Of a stretch of DNA of 25,591 bases, positions 1 through 8,130 are shown in pieces. Origin of the DNA: an uncultured Chitinophagaceae bacterium (GTDB taxonomy: Bacteria > Planctomycetota > Planctomycetia > Pirellulales > UBA1268); the NCBI GenBank assembly GCA_964581215.1, contig CAZONY010000003.1, forward strand, positions 1 through 25,591, in the 5' to 3' direction. A model generated the notes under the pieces. It ran no database searches, was not told the DNA's origin, and saw nothing but the letters and a program-made list of their open reading frames with translations. The position numbers were made by a program, and so were the translations under genes. The stretch's first letter is position 1. Every line of letters starts with the position of its first letter.

Positions 1-1
1 C

Positions 2-268
2 ACGTTCAAGACGGTGAAAGAGCTCGAACAGCTGTACATCAAGAACCTGAAGATGAAGCGGCGTTCGCCCACGATCGCCTACTGCCGCATCGGCGAGCGG
101 TCGAGGCTGACCTGGTTCGTCCTCACCTATCTCCTCGGCTTCGGCAACGTGAAGAACTGCGACGGCTCCTGGCTGGAGTGGGGCAACTGCGTTCGCGTGC
201 CGATCGTGAAAGGCCCGGAGCCGGGCGGCCCGGCCCAGCACGTGGCCCCGACGTCCGTCCACGCCTGA
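2..268 (+). CDS. sseA: Thiosulfate sulfurtransferase (rhodanese, SseA-like), C-terminal part, 5' truncated by the window edge
   Basis: Active-site loop YCRIGERS and the rhodanese C-terminal signature [11 protein letters not shown]. The frame is open from base 2 (TFKTVKEL...). Confidence 0.9.
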   Translation, partial: TFKTVKELEQLYIKNLKMKRRSPTIAYCRIGERSRLTWFVLTYLLGFGNVKNCDGSWLEWGNCVRVPIVKGPEPGGPAQHVAPTSVHA

Positions 269-290
269 CGTGTCGCCCGGTGCCATCGCC

Positions 291-725
291 ATGACGAGCA
301 TCCGTGATCGGCTCGATGCGATCATCGACGAGTTCGCCGATCTCGACAGCCGCGAGAAGCTCGAACTTCTCGTCGACTTCGCCCGGAGCCTCCCGCCCCT
401 GCCGCCGGACTACGAAGCCCGAAAGCAGACCGAGGACCGCCGGATTCACGAGTGCCAGACGCCCGTTTTCCTGTGGACGGAGGCGGCCGACGGCACGGCC
501 CGCCTCGTCGCCGAGGTGGCCCCCGAGGCGCCCACGGTGAAGGGGTTCGTCGCCGTTCTGGCCGAGGCGATCAACGGCCGGCCGGTGGCTGACGTCGCCG
601 CGATCTCCGATGACGTGCTCGAGAGGATGGGGCTCGCCGAGGTGCTCGGCATCCTGCGGGCACGAGGACTGCGAGCGATCGTCGCCCGCGTGAAAAAGGG
701 ATTTGCGGCCTCGGCCAGCCGCTGA
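291..725 (+). CDS. sufE: SufE-family sulfur acceptor protein
   Basis: KLELLVDFARSLPPLP, conserved Cys motif IHECQTPVFLW, EAPTVKGF and a C-terminal R.RGL. ATG 291 preferred over GTG 270. Confidence 0.88.
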   Translation: MTSIRDRLDAIIDEFADLDSREKLELLVDFARSLPPLPPDYEARKQTEDRRIHECQTPVFLWTEAADGTARLVAEVAPEAPTVKGFVAVLAEAINGRPVADVAAISDDVLERMGLAEVLGILRARGLRAIVARVKKGFAASASR

Positions 726-785
726 GCGGGTCGCCGGCGGACGCGGCGGGCTGAGCACCCCATCGAACACAGCAAGGAGCCGACG

Positions 786-1805
786 GTGACAGCACAGATC
801 GTGGCGGGGATCGACCTCGGAGGCACGGCGGTCAACTACACGTTTCTCGACGAGCGGGGAAACTTCCTCATCGAGGGCCTGTGCGAGCATCCGGCCCGAA
901 GCGTCGAGGGGCCGGACGTGTGCCTGACGCAGATTGCCGAGGGGCTGACTGTCGCGGCGAACCGCGCCGGCGTGCCGCTCGCGAACCTGGTCGCCATCGG
1001 CCTCGACACACCGGGCCCGGCGAGCGCCGGCGGCGTGCTCAGCCGCCGCGGCTCGACCAACTTCATCCACCCCGAGTGGTCCGGCTACGACATCCGGGCG
1101 GGCCTCGAACGCAGGCTCGGCCTGCCGGTCACCTACCTCAATGACGGCAACGCCGCGGCCCTGTGGGGGCACGTGTCCCTGTTCGGCCCGGAAAACCTGG
1201 CCACGAGCGTTTCGGCGATCGTCGGCACCGGCTTGGGGGGCGGAGTGATCACAGGGGGGGAGATCGTGGTCGGCCGCAACGGGTTCGGAGGCGAACTGGG
1301 GCACGTTCTCATTCCCTTCTCGCTCATCGAGGGAATCGAAGGCCTGGTCCCGCGCTGCAATTGCGGCCGCACGGGCGACCTCGAGTCTCTCTGCTCGCTG
1401 ACGGCGATCCGCCAGTCACTCCTGCCTCATTTTCTTCGCCGGGATCCGGGGCACCCGCTCGCCGCGGAGGACATCGGCACGGCTGCCAAGCGGGTGCGTG
1501 GCCTGGCGGAGCAGGGGGATCCCCTGTGCCGCGACATTTTCCGTGTCCAGGCTCGTGCTCTGGGACTTTTCTTCGACGAGATGATCAACGTCTTCGATCC
1601 CGATGCGCTGATCGTCGGGGGAGGAGCCGTGGAAACAGGCGCTGATTTCCGCCGTTGGTTCCTCGGTGAAATCCGCGCGGGGATGCCGCGGCAGCGGGAA
1701 GAACAGGCCGACATCCCCATCCACGTCATCCCAAATGGCGACACCGCCGGGGCCCGCGGCGCGGCTCTCGAGATGGCCAAGGTGATCCGCGCCCGTCCGA
1801 CCTGA
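786..1805 (+). CDS. ROK-family sugar kinase
   Basis: GIDLGGT phosphate loop, NDGNAAAL, GTGLGGG, GELGH..CNCG and a C-terminal AGARGAA. SD AAGGAG at 774-779 before the GTG. Confidence 0.92.
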   Translation: MTAQIVAGIDLGGTAVNYTFLDERGNFLIEGLCEHPARSVEGPDVCLTQIAEGLTVAANRAGVPLANLVAIGLDTPGPASAGGVLSRRGSTNFIHPEWSGYDIRAGLERRLGLPVTYLNDGNAAALWGHVSLFGPENLATSVSAIVGTGLGGGVITGGEIVVGRNGFGGELGHVLIPFSLIEGIEGLVPRCNCGRTGDLESLCSLTAIRQSLLPHFLRRDPGHPLAAEDIGTAAKRVRGLAEQGDPLCRDIFRVQARALGLFFDEMINVFDPDALIVGGGAVETGADFRRWFLGEIRAGMPRQREEQADIPIHVIPNGDTAGARGAALEMAKVIRARPT

Positions 1806-1861
1806 TCCCCGTGGCCGTCGAGGGCCATCCGGGAACACGTTGTCGGACGTCCCGACGGCCG

Positions 1862-2974
1862 CTAGGCGACGCGGTCGAGAATCGGCAGCACCGGCAGTCC
1901 GGCGGGATCGAGGGCGGGCGTCGGCGACTCGGTCGGAGCGAGCTCCACTCGGGACGGCCGCGGCGGGCCAAACAGCACGAGTCGGGCCGTCGCCAGGATG
2001 CCACGCCAGGATCCGAACGTGGCCTCGACGGCCGCGGGTTCGTAGCCGCAATGGACCATGCAATCCTGGCACTTTGGATTGCCGCTGGATCGCCCGTAGG
2101 CGTCCCAGTCCGTCTGGTCGATCAATTCCCGAAACGTGCTCGCATGCCCTTCGTCGAGCAGATAGCACGGCTTCTGCCATCCGAAGAGATTGTACGTGGG
2201 CGTGCCCCAGGGACGGCATTCGAGGTTCCACGCCCCCTTGAGAAATTCGAGGAACACCGGTGACTGGTTGAACCGCCAGCGGGCCGACGGGGCATCGAGA
2301 ATGCGGCGAAAGAGCGATTGGCTCCGCTCCCGACGCAGGAAGTGCTCCTGATCCGGAGCCTTGGCGTACGAATAGCCGGGGGAAATCATCATGCCTTCGA
2401 CGCCGAGAGACATCACCTCGTCGAAGAAGGCTCTGTAGCGCTGCGGATCCGCGTCGGTAAAAAGCGTCGAGTTCGTCGTCACGCGAAAGCCCGCCGCCCG
2501 GGCGGCGCGGATCGCAGACACAGCCACGTCGTAGACGCCCTCACGGCACACGGCGTGATCGTGCTCCTGGCGAGGCCCGTCGAGATGGACGGAGAACGCC
2601 AAGTAGGGCGAGGGTTTGAACCTCGGCAGCATCTCCTCGAGCTTCAGGGCATTCGTGCAGAGGTAGAGATATTTTTTCCGTGCCACGATTCCCGAGACGA
2701 TCTCGACGATCTGCGGATGCAGGAGCGGTTCGCCACCGGGAATCGAGACGATCGGGGCACCACATTCATCGACTGCCGCGAGGCACTGCTCGACAGTCAG
2801 ATGCGACCGTAAGATCTCCGTGGGATGCTGAATCTTGCCACAGCCCCCGCACGCGAGATTGCAGCGAAAGAGCGGCTCCAGCATGAGCACGAGCGGGTAG
2901 CGGGCCTGCCCCCGCAACTTCTGCATCGCCACGTGACGGATCACGGCCAGCATCTGGCCCACGGGAACACTCAT
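1862..2974 (-). CDS. hpnH: Adenosyl-hopene transferase HpnH (radical SAM)
   Basis: RYPLVLMLEPLFRCNLACGGCGKIQHP (CxxxCxxC), GGEPLLHP, C-terminal GNPKCQDCMVHCGYEP. Start overlaps the shc stop (ATGA). Confidence 0.95.
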   Translation of the reverse strand: MSVPVGQMLAVIRHVAMQKLRGQARYPLVLMLEPLFRCNLACGGCGKIQHPTEILRSHLTVEQCLAAVDECGAPIVSIPGGEPLLHPQIVEIVSGIVARKKYLYLCTNALKLEEMLPRFKPSPYLAFSVHLDGPRQEHDHAVCREGVYDVAVSAIRAARAAGFRVTTNSTLFTDADPQRYRAFFDEVMSLGVEGMMISPGYSYAKAPDQEHFLRRERSQSLFRRILDAPSARWRFNQSPVFLEFLKGAWNLECRPWGTPTYNLFGWQKPCYLLDEGHASTFRELIDQTDWDAYGRSSGNPKCQDCMVHCGYEPAAVEATFGSWRGILATARLVLFGPPRPSRVELAPTESPTPALDPAGLPVLPILDRVA

Positions 2975-5091
2975 GCAACCATCTCCCGCGAAGACGCCTC
3001 ATTCCACCGCACTCCCTGATGCGAGCGGCACCAGCGCGCCATCGCCATGAGGGGAAAGTAGATGCAGTAATAGTGGTAGCGAAGATAAAAAACCTTCGGA
3101 AAACCGGTTCCCGTGAACTCGACTTCCTCCCAGCTGCCGTCGAATTCCTGGCAGCCGACGAGCCACCGCATGCCATCGTCGGCCGCTCCCGAGCGGTGCC
3201 GCCCGGCGGCGACCAGCCCCGCCAGGGCCCAGGCCGTCTGCGACGCAGTCGGCGAACCGCACCCAGCGAGACCGGGATCGGCATAGCTGTCGGGAGACTC
3301 GCCCCATCCGCCGCCGGACTGCTGGCATGACACCAGCCACTCGGCAGCGCGGCTGATCGACGGATCGTCGATCGGCAGCCCGACCGCACGCAGGCCTTCG
3401 ATGGCCTGCCACGTGCCATAGATGTAGTTCACCCCCCACCGCCCGAACCAGGCTCCATCCCGCTCCTGGCACGTCCGCAGATAGGCGACGCCCCGATCCA
3501 CCGCCGGATGCCCGGTCCGGAAACCGAGCCGTCCCAGGGCCTCCAGCACCCGACCGGCGATGTCCGGCGTGCTGGGATCGATCATCGCATTGTGATCGGC
3601 GAACGGCACCCGACAGAGCAGCTCGAAGTCGTTGTCGCGGTCGAAGGCGGCCCAGCCGCCGTCGGAATTCTGCATGGACCCCAGCCAGGCGACGGCCCGC
3701 GAGATCGCCGCCGCCACCCGCCGTAGACGGCATGCGGTGGCCTCGTCGGTCACCGCATCGGCAGCCACCGACCGGCGCCATTCGGCCAGCGCGATGAGCA
3801 CCATGGCGGTGTCATCGATGTCGGGATAGAAGCGGTTGGCATACTGGAAGCACCAGCCCGAAGCCGAGGCCGGGCGACGGCCCGCCGGCATGCCGTGCCG
3901 CCAGTCACCGACGCCGCGGAGTTCATTGTCGAGAAGCCAATCGACCGCACGATCGAGCTGCGGCCGTTCCTCGAAGCCGATCGCCGCTGCCGCAGCGGCA
4001 TCGGCAAGAGCCCGCAGCGTGATGGCCGTATCCCACACCGGCGAGCGGCAGGGCTCGATCCGGGCAGCCTCATCGGGCTCCCGTTCGACCAGTCTGTGCA
4101 ACTGCCGCCAGCATTCGGTGACCTCGGGGGAATCTTCATCACACCCCATCGCCCGCAGCGCCACGATGCTCCACACGATCGGCGGGAATATCGCCCCCAG
4201 TCCATCGCTGCCCTCGAACCGCTCGAGCATCCATCGCCGACAGGCCTGGATGGCCCGGCTGCGCAGGGGCTGGAAACCGATGGCCTCGCAGCCCTTCATC
4301 ACGCGGTCCACCAGGCGAAAGAACCGGTCCCATGGACCGCTTCCCCCGCTCGGCGGCACCCGGTCGATCTCACCGGGCTCGAAGAGTTCCTGCATGCCCG
4401 ATTCGGGCGCGATCTTCCGCACGGGCTTGGAGGCCCACATGAGCGACAGGGGCACGATCATGGTGCGCGACCACGCCGACACGCGGTGCAGGTTGACCGG
4501 AAACCAGTCAGGCAGGAGAACCATCTCCGGCGGCACCGCCGGGCACGCGGAGTAGGGGATCTGACCGAGCAGGGCCAGGTAGAACCGCGTGAAACTATTG
4601 ACGGCCCAAGGCCCGCCGGCCTTCCGAATGGCACCGCGGGCCCGCATCAGCGGTTCGGATGCCGCATCGTGGCCGGTGAGCTTGAGCGCCAGGTAGGCCT
4701 TCACACTGGCGCTGACGTCGACCGGGCCTCCGGGATAGATCGCCCAGCCCCCGGTGGGCAACTGCTCACGGAGAATGCGCCGCGCGCATGCCGTCGCCAT
4801 CGCCGAACCAAGCCGACCGGCCCAGGCGAGGATGATGACGTATTCACTCTCGAGAATCGTGTCACCTTCGAGCGGACCCCGCCAGTGCCCGTCGGCGGCC
4901 TGACGGTCGAGGAGCCAAAGGGCTGTTTTGCGGATTGCCGCCGCAGCCTCCGCGGGCGGGAACTCCGACCGCGGAACACGCGGTTCATGCCGGACACCGG
5001 TCGCCCGGCCCACGGGCAGCGACGGCGAATCAGGGCGTCCATCCGCGAGCACGGGCAGCCCCGTGCCGACGTTCGATCCTGTGAAACTCAT
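2971..5091 (-). CDS. shc: Squalene-hopene cyclase
   Basis: Catalytic YPDIDDTA (DxDD), six QW repeats (e.g. QAADGHW, QNSDGGW, QERDGAW), WFGRWGVNYIYGT and FTGTGFP..FYLRYHYY. Confidence 0.97.
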   Translation of the reverse strand: MSFTGSNVGTGLPVLADGRPDSPSLPVGRATGVRHEPRVPRSEFPPAEAAAAIRKTALWLLDRQAADGHWRGPLEGDTILESEYVIILAWAGRLGSAMATACARRILREQLPTGGWAIYPGGPVDVSASVKAYLALKLTGHDAASEPLMRARGAIRKAGGPWAVNSFTRFYLALLGQIPYSACPAVPPEMVLLPDWFPVNLHRVSAWSRTMIVPLSLMWASKPVRKIAPESGMQELFEPGEIDRVPPSGGSGPWDRFFRLVDRVMKGCEAIGFQPLRSRAIQACRRWMLERFEGSDGLGAIFPPIVWSIVALRAMGCDEDSPEVTECWRQLHRLVEREPDEAARIEPCRSPVWDTAITLRALADAAAAAAIGFEERPQLDRAVDWLLDNELRGVGDWRHGMPAGRRPASASGWCFQYANRFYPDIDDTAMVLIALAEWRRSVAADAVTDEATACRLRRVAAAISRAVAWLGSMQNSDGGWAAFDRDNDFELLCRVPFADHNAMIDPSTPDIAGRVLEALGRLGFRTGHPAVDRGVAYLRTCQERDGAWFGRWGVNYIYGTWQAIEGLRAVGLPIDDPSISRAAEWLVSCQQSGGGWGESPDSYADPGLAGCGSPTASQTAWALAGLVAAGRHRSGAADDGMRWLVGCQEFDGSWEEVEFTGTGFPKVFYLRYHYYCIYFPLMAMARWCRSHQGVRWNEASSREMVA

Positions 5092-5126
5092 ACATGCATC
5101 CGTGCATACGAGGCCACGATGGCGGG

Positions 5127-5146
5127 CTCGCGAATCATTTCGCGAG
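5127..5146. promoter_or_regulatory. 8-bp perfect inverted repeat upstream of shc (possible operator or hairpin)
   Basis: CTCGCGAA-tcat-TTCGCGAG lies 35-55 bp upstream of the shc ATG in the 194-bp intergenic region. Confidence 0.3.
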
Positions 5147-5285
5147 GCCGACCGCCAGCGGCAGGAAGGATAGAGAACACGGCGAACACCAACAACCCCG
5201 GGCGACGCGCGAAACCCGGCAAGATCGATGCGCGAAGCCGGCGCAACGAGCCGGCCACCCGCGAGGCTGGCAAAATAGAGAAACT

Positions 5286-6575
5286 CTAACGCGCCGCCGC
5301 GACGAGGCCGTCGCTCGATCTGGGCAGCCTGACAGTCACCCTCGTTCCCTGGCCAGGACGAGACATAGCCGTCACAGCGCCGCCGTTGACCTCGACGAGC
5401 CGCCAGGCCTTGGAGAGGCCAAGCCCGATGCCGCGCCCAGCCTCCCGGCCGCTGAAAAAAGGGTCGAACGCTCGCTGGAGGGTTTCGTCATCCATGCCCG
5501 GCCCGTCATCGACGATACCGATCTCGCAGGCATCTCCGCCGGCAGCCTCGACGGCGATCGCCACCCGGCCGCCATGGTCCACGGCCTCCAAGGCATTGAC
5601 GACGAGCGCCCGCACCGCCTCCGCGATGTGGGCATCATCCACCCAGGCATCCAACGCCGTGGGGCAGGGACTGAATTCGAACCGGATCCATCTGGCGTTG
5701 GCCAGCGGCCGCGCGGCTTCAATCACGCCCTCCACCAACCGCCCCAACTCGACCCGACCAGGACGCGGCTTGGGCGGCCGCGCGAACAGCATCAGCCCGC
5801 CGATCATGTCACGAGCCCGGAAGGCCTGATCGACGATCGTCGCCAGGCGCCGCCGCCGCTCCGGATCGGACTCCTCCACAAGGAGCGCCTGCGCCCGAGC
5901 CGCGATGTTGGCGAGCGGGTTGTTGATCTCATGACCGGCGCCGTAGGCCAACTCCCTCATGGCCGACAGCCGCGCCTCGCCGACGGCCGCGTCGAAACGC
6001 CCCGCGAATGCACCTCGGGCCACGGCCGCCAGCACGGCATCCCGCAACACGAGCGCCTCGAGCGCGGGCTCGGCCACGGATGGCGGCCCCTCACGCCAGG
6101 CAGGATGCTCGGAGCCGGAGCGGATCGCCGCCAGCAGCGTCCGGCCGACCTCCCCCCCGATCTCGTCGAGCCGCAGCGGCCCACCAACACCGATTGGCGA
6201 CGGACATACGGCCGCCACGTACCTCTCCCAGTCGTCTTCCGTGACGAACCCAGCGCCGGCGGCGCGACCAGAGCGGACGTCATCCGCGAGCACCAGAGAC
6301 TCGGCGACCCACTTCGACAACGGCCGGGAGGGCGTGGCTTCACCCGCCCCCCACGCAGTGGCGCAGACGGCGACACTTGAAGCATCGCCGAGACACGACC
6401 AGAGCGACCGCCGGGCCACCTTGTCCGCCACGCCGGGGAGCGACGGCGGGTCGTCCACCGAAAACAGCACGGCCCTCGTCAGGCCCAGGCAGGCCTGACG
6501 AGGGACCGGCAGTGCAACGGGAGGCCGGCGTTCGCGGTCGAACAGAAGCCAGGCCCCGGACGGTGCGGTCATCAC
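5286..6575 (-). CDS. Soluble sensor histidine kinase (HisKA + HATPase_c)
   Basis: H-box AGHEINNPL, N-box ALVVNALEA, G1 DDGPGM, F/G2 AFDPFFSG..GIGLGL. No clear TM segment. GTG start overlaps the regulator stop (GTGA). Confidence 0.93.
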   Translation of the reverse strand: MMTAPSGAWLLFDRERRPPVALPVPRQACLGLTRAVLFSVDDPPSLPGVADKVARRSLWSCLGDASSVAVCATAWGAGEATPSRPLSKWVAESLVLADDVRSGRAAGAGFVTEDDWERYVAAVCPSPIGVGGPLRLDEIGGEVGRTLLAAIRSGSEHPAWREGPPSVAEPALEALVLRDAVLAAVARGAFAGRFDAAVGEARLSAMRELAYGAGHEINNPLANIAARAQALLVEESDPERRRRLATIVDQAFRARDMIGGLMLFARPPKPRPGRVELGRLVEGVIEAARPLANARWIRFEFSPCPTALDAWVDDAHIAEAVRALVVNALEAVDHGGRVAIAVEAAGGDACEIGIVDDGPGMDDETLQRAFDPFFSGREAGRGIGLGLSKAWRLVEVNGGAVTAMSRPGQGTRVTVRLPRSSDGLVAAAR

Positions 6576-7159
6576 GAACCGGCAGCCACCGACTCCATGT
6601 CGAGAAGCCCACAGATCCGATCGACGAGAACCTCGGCCTCGAAGGGCTTTTGCAGGAACTCGTTGGCGCCCGACGCCTTGAGATCTTCGATCCTGTCCGG
6701 CTCACACATGCCCGAGATGCAGATGATCTTCACCTCGTCCATGGTGGAATCGCTCCGCACCCGCTGGCAAACCTCTTTGCCGTTGATGTCGGGCAGCATG
6801 ACGTCGAGCACGATCAGGTCGGGACGGTAGTCCTTCACGAGCATGCCGGCATCGAAGCCGTTATTGACGCTCCGCGTCTCGAAGCGGCCGTCCCGCTCGA
6901 GCACGTCGGTGATCAGTTCCACGAGATCCTGATCGTCGTCGACGACGAGCACCTTGCGGCAGCCGCTCTCGAGCGCGTCGGTCGGAATGCCGTTGTCACG
7001 CATGAAAAGGAACAGCTGATCGCGGGGAATCCGACGGAACCGGCTTCCCGGAACGCGGAACCCCTTCAATTGTCCGGAATCAAAGCAGCGGATGATCGTC
7101 TGCTGGCTCACCTTGCAAATCTTCGCAGCTTCGCCAGTCGTATACACGGTCTTTTGCAT
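6572..7159 (-). CDS. Response regulator with N-terminal excisionase/MerR-like HTH and C-terminal receiver domain
   Basis: YTTGEAAKICKVSQQTIIR HTH, then VLVVDDD, phospho-Asp in DLIVLDVMLP and KPF. ATG 7159 follows the SD GGAGAGGTG. Confidence 0.93.
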   Translation of the reverse strand: MQKTVYTTGEAAKICKVSQQTIIRCFDSGQLKGFRVPGSRFRRIPRDQLFLFMRDNGIPTDALESGCRKVLVVDDDQDLVELITDVLERDGRFETRSVNNGFDAGMLVKDYRPDLIVLDVMLPDINGKEVCQRVRSDSTMDEVKIICISGMCEPDRIEDLKASGANEFLQKPFEAEVLVDRICGLLDMESVAAGS

Positions 7160-7440
7160 GTGCTTCACCACCTCTCCCTAGCCGTGGCACAGCTAGTTGA
7201 AAACGGGATTCGGGGCGTCCTCGTCCGCGATTCAGCCCCGAACACCTAAGGCCTCCTGTTGCCATCCGCAGACGCCCAAACCGCCGGTTGCCCAATCGGC
7301 CGGGACGTCTGTCGTCGCTCTCCATCTCGACGAATCGTGACCGGGGGACGCAAGCGGCGAAGGCCGGAGAAGGAATCCTGTTGCCGTGAACGGTTCGGAA
7401 TCCTTCGAACCAGCCTCCTTGCTTGCCATCCTTGCCAGAC
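7160..7440 (-). ncRNA. Putative structured GGA-repeat leader or sRNA (CsrA/RsmA-target-like)
   Basis: Ten GGA motifs in about 280 nt, including CAAGGATG, CAAGGAGG and GGCAACAGGA twice. Hairpins at 7392-7411 and 7209-7242 carry GGA in their loops. Confidence 0.35.
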
Positions 7441-7445
7441 ACCGG

Positions 7446-7475
7446 ACTCTACCGCCATCTTGCGCACTGCGTCAA
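7446..7475 (-). promoter_or_regulatory. Putative sigma70-type promoter for the regulator-kinase unit
   Basis: TTGACG (7475-7470) - N18 - TAGAGT (7451-7446) on the minus strand. Confidence 0.55.
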
Positions 7476-7569
7476 TATCGCTCCAGCCGCTGTAAACGCC
7501 CGTTTCCGACGATTCTCGACTGAACCTCCCATCCGCTGCCAAGGGCGGATTCGCCGTCGGCCGCCGACT

Positions 7570-8130
7570 TCAGGGCTGCAGGGCTGCGGCCACTTCGAGC
7601 AGTTCGACGGCCGGCCGGCCCGACAGCGAAATTTCAGCGACGCGGCCAAACGTCTCGGCTGCCGCGCTGCGGCCGAACAGACGGGTCAATTGGTCGCCCG
7701 GCGAGACCTGCAGGAGGCATACATGGTGCACGTCCCGGAGCAGGCCGGCTTCGATCAAGAGCCTGCCGAGCGGAACCTCGGCGGCGCGGATGGCCGTCGC
7801 CGTCGCCTCATCAACCGCCCCCAGATCGATGCGGACGATGCCGTACAGCACGACCTCCCCGGAGGCACGCTCGAGGAGGATTTCGCGCGCGTAGTCGAGG
7901 CGACCGATCGCAGGCGGGGCCACCTGCACGACCCGCAGTGCCAGGGGACCGCCATGATGCCGCTCCATGGCGACCGTCATGTGATTCCGATGATCGAGCA
8001 GAGACCGATATGGCTCGACCACGCCGCCGGCGGCCACCGGGCGGATGACAGCAAAGCCTTCCGCGGGGGAGTGAAACAGCCGCAGCAATTCCGACGCTCG
8101 CGCGACGGCGTCGTCCGCTCTCTGGGCCAT
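7570..8130 (-). CDS. Chorismate pyruvate-lyase-like protein (UbiC/UTRA fold)
   Basis: HMTVAME, YAREILL, PLGRLLI and GRVAEISLSGRPAVELLEV parallel the UbiC motifs SMT..E, REILL, PLGRYLF and LSGKPLLLTELF as I recall them. ATG 8130 overlaps the upstream TGA. Confidence 0.7.
   Translation of the reverse strand: MAQRADDAVARASELLRLFHSPAEGFAVIRPVAAGGVVEPYRSLLDHRNHMTVAMERHHGGPLALRVVQVAPPAIGRLDYAREILLERASGEVVLYGIVRIDLGAVDEATATAIRAAEVPLGRLLIEAGLLRDVHHVCLLQVSPGDQLTRLFGRSAAAETFGRVAEISLSGRPAVELLEVAAALQP

Noticed and set aside
6572-7159. Excisionase-like HTH as a sign of a prophage or integrative element
   Set aside because: It is fused to an intact receiver domain and coupled to a kinase. No integrase, att-like repeat or tRNA is nearby.
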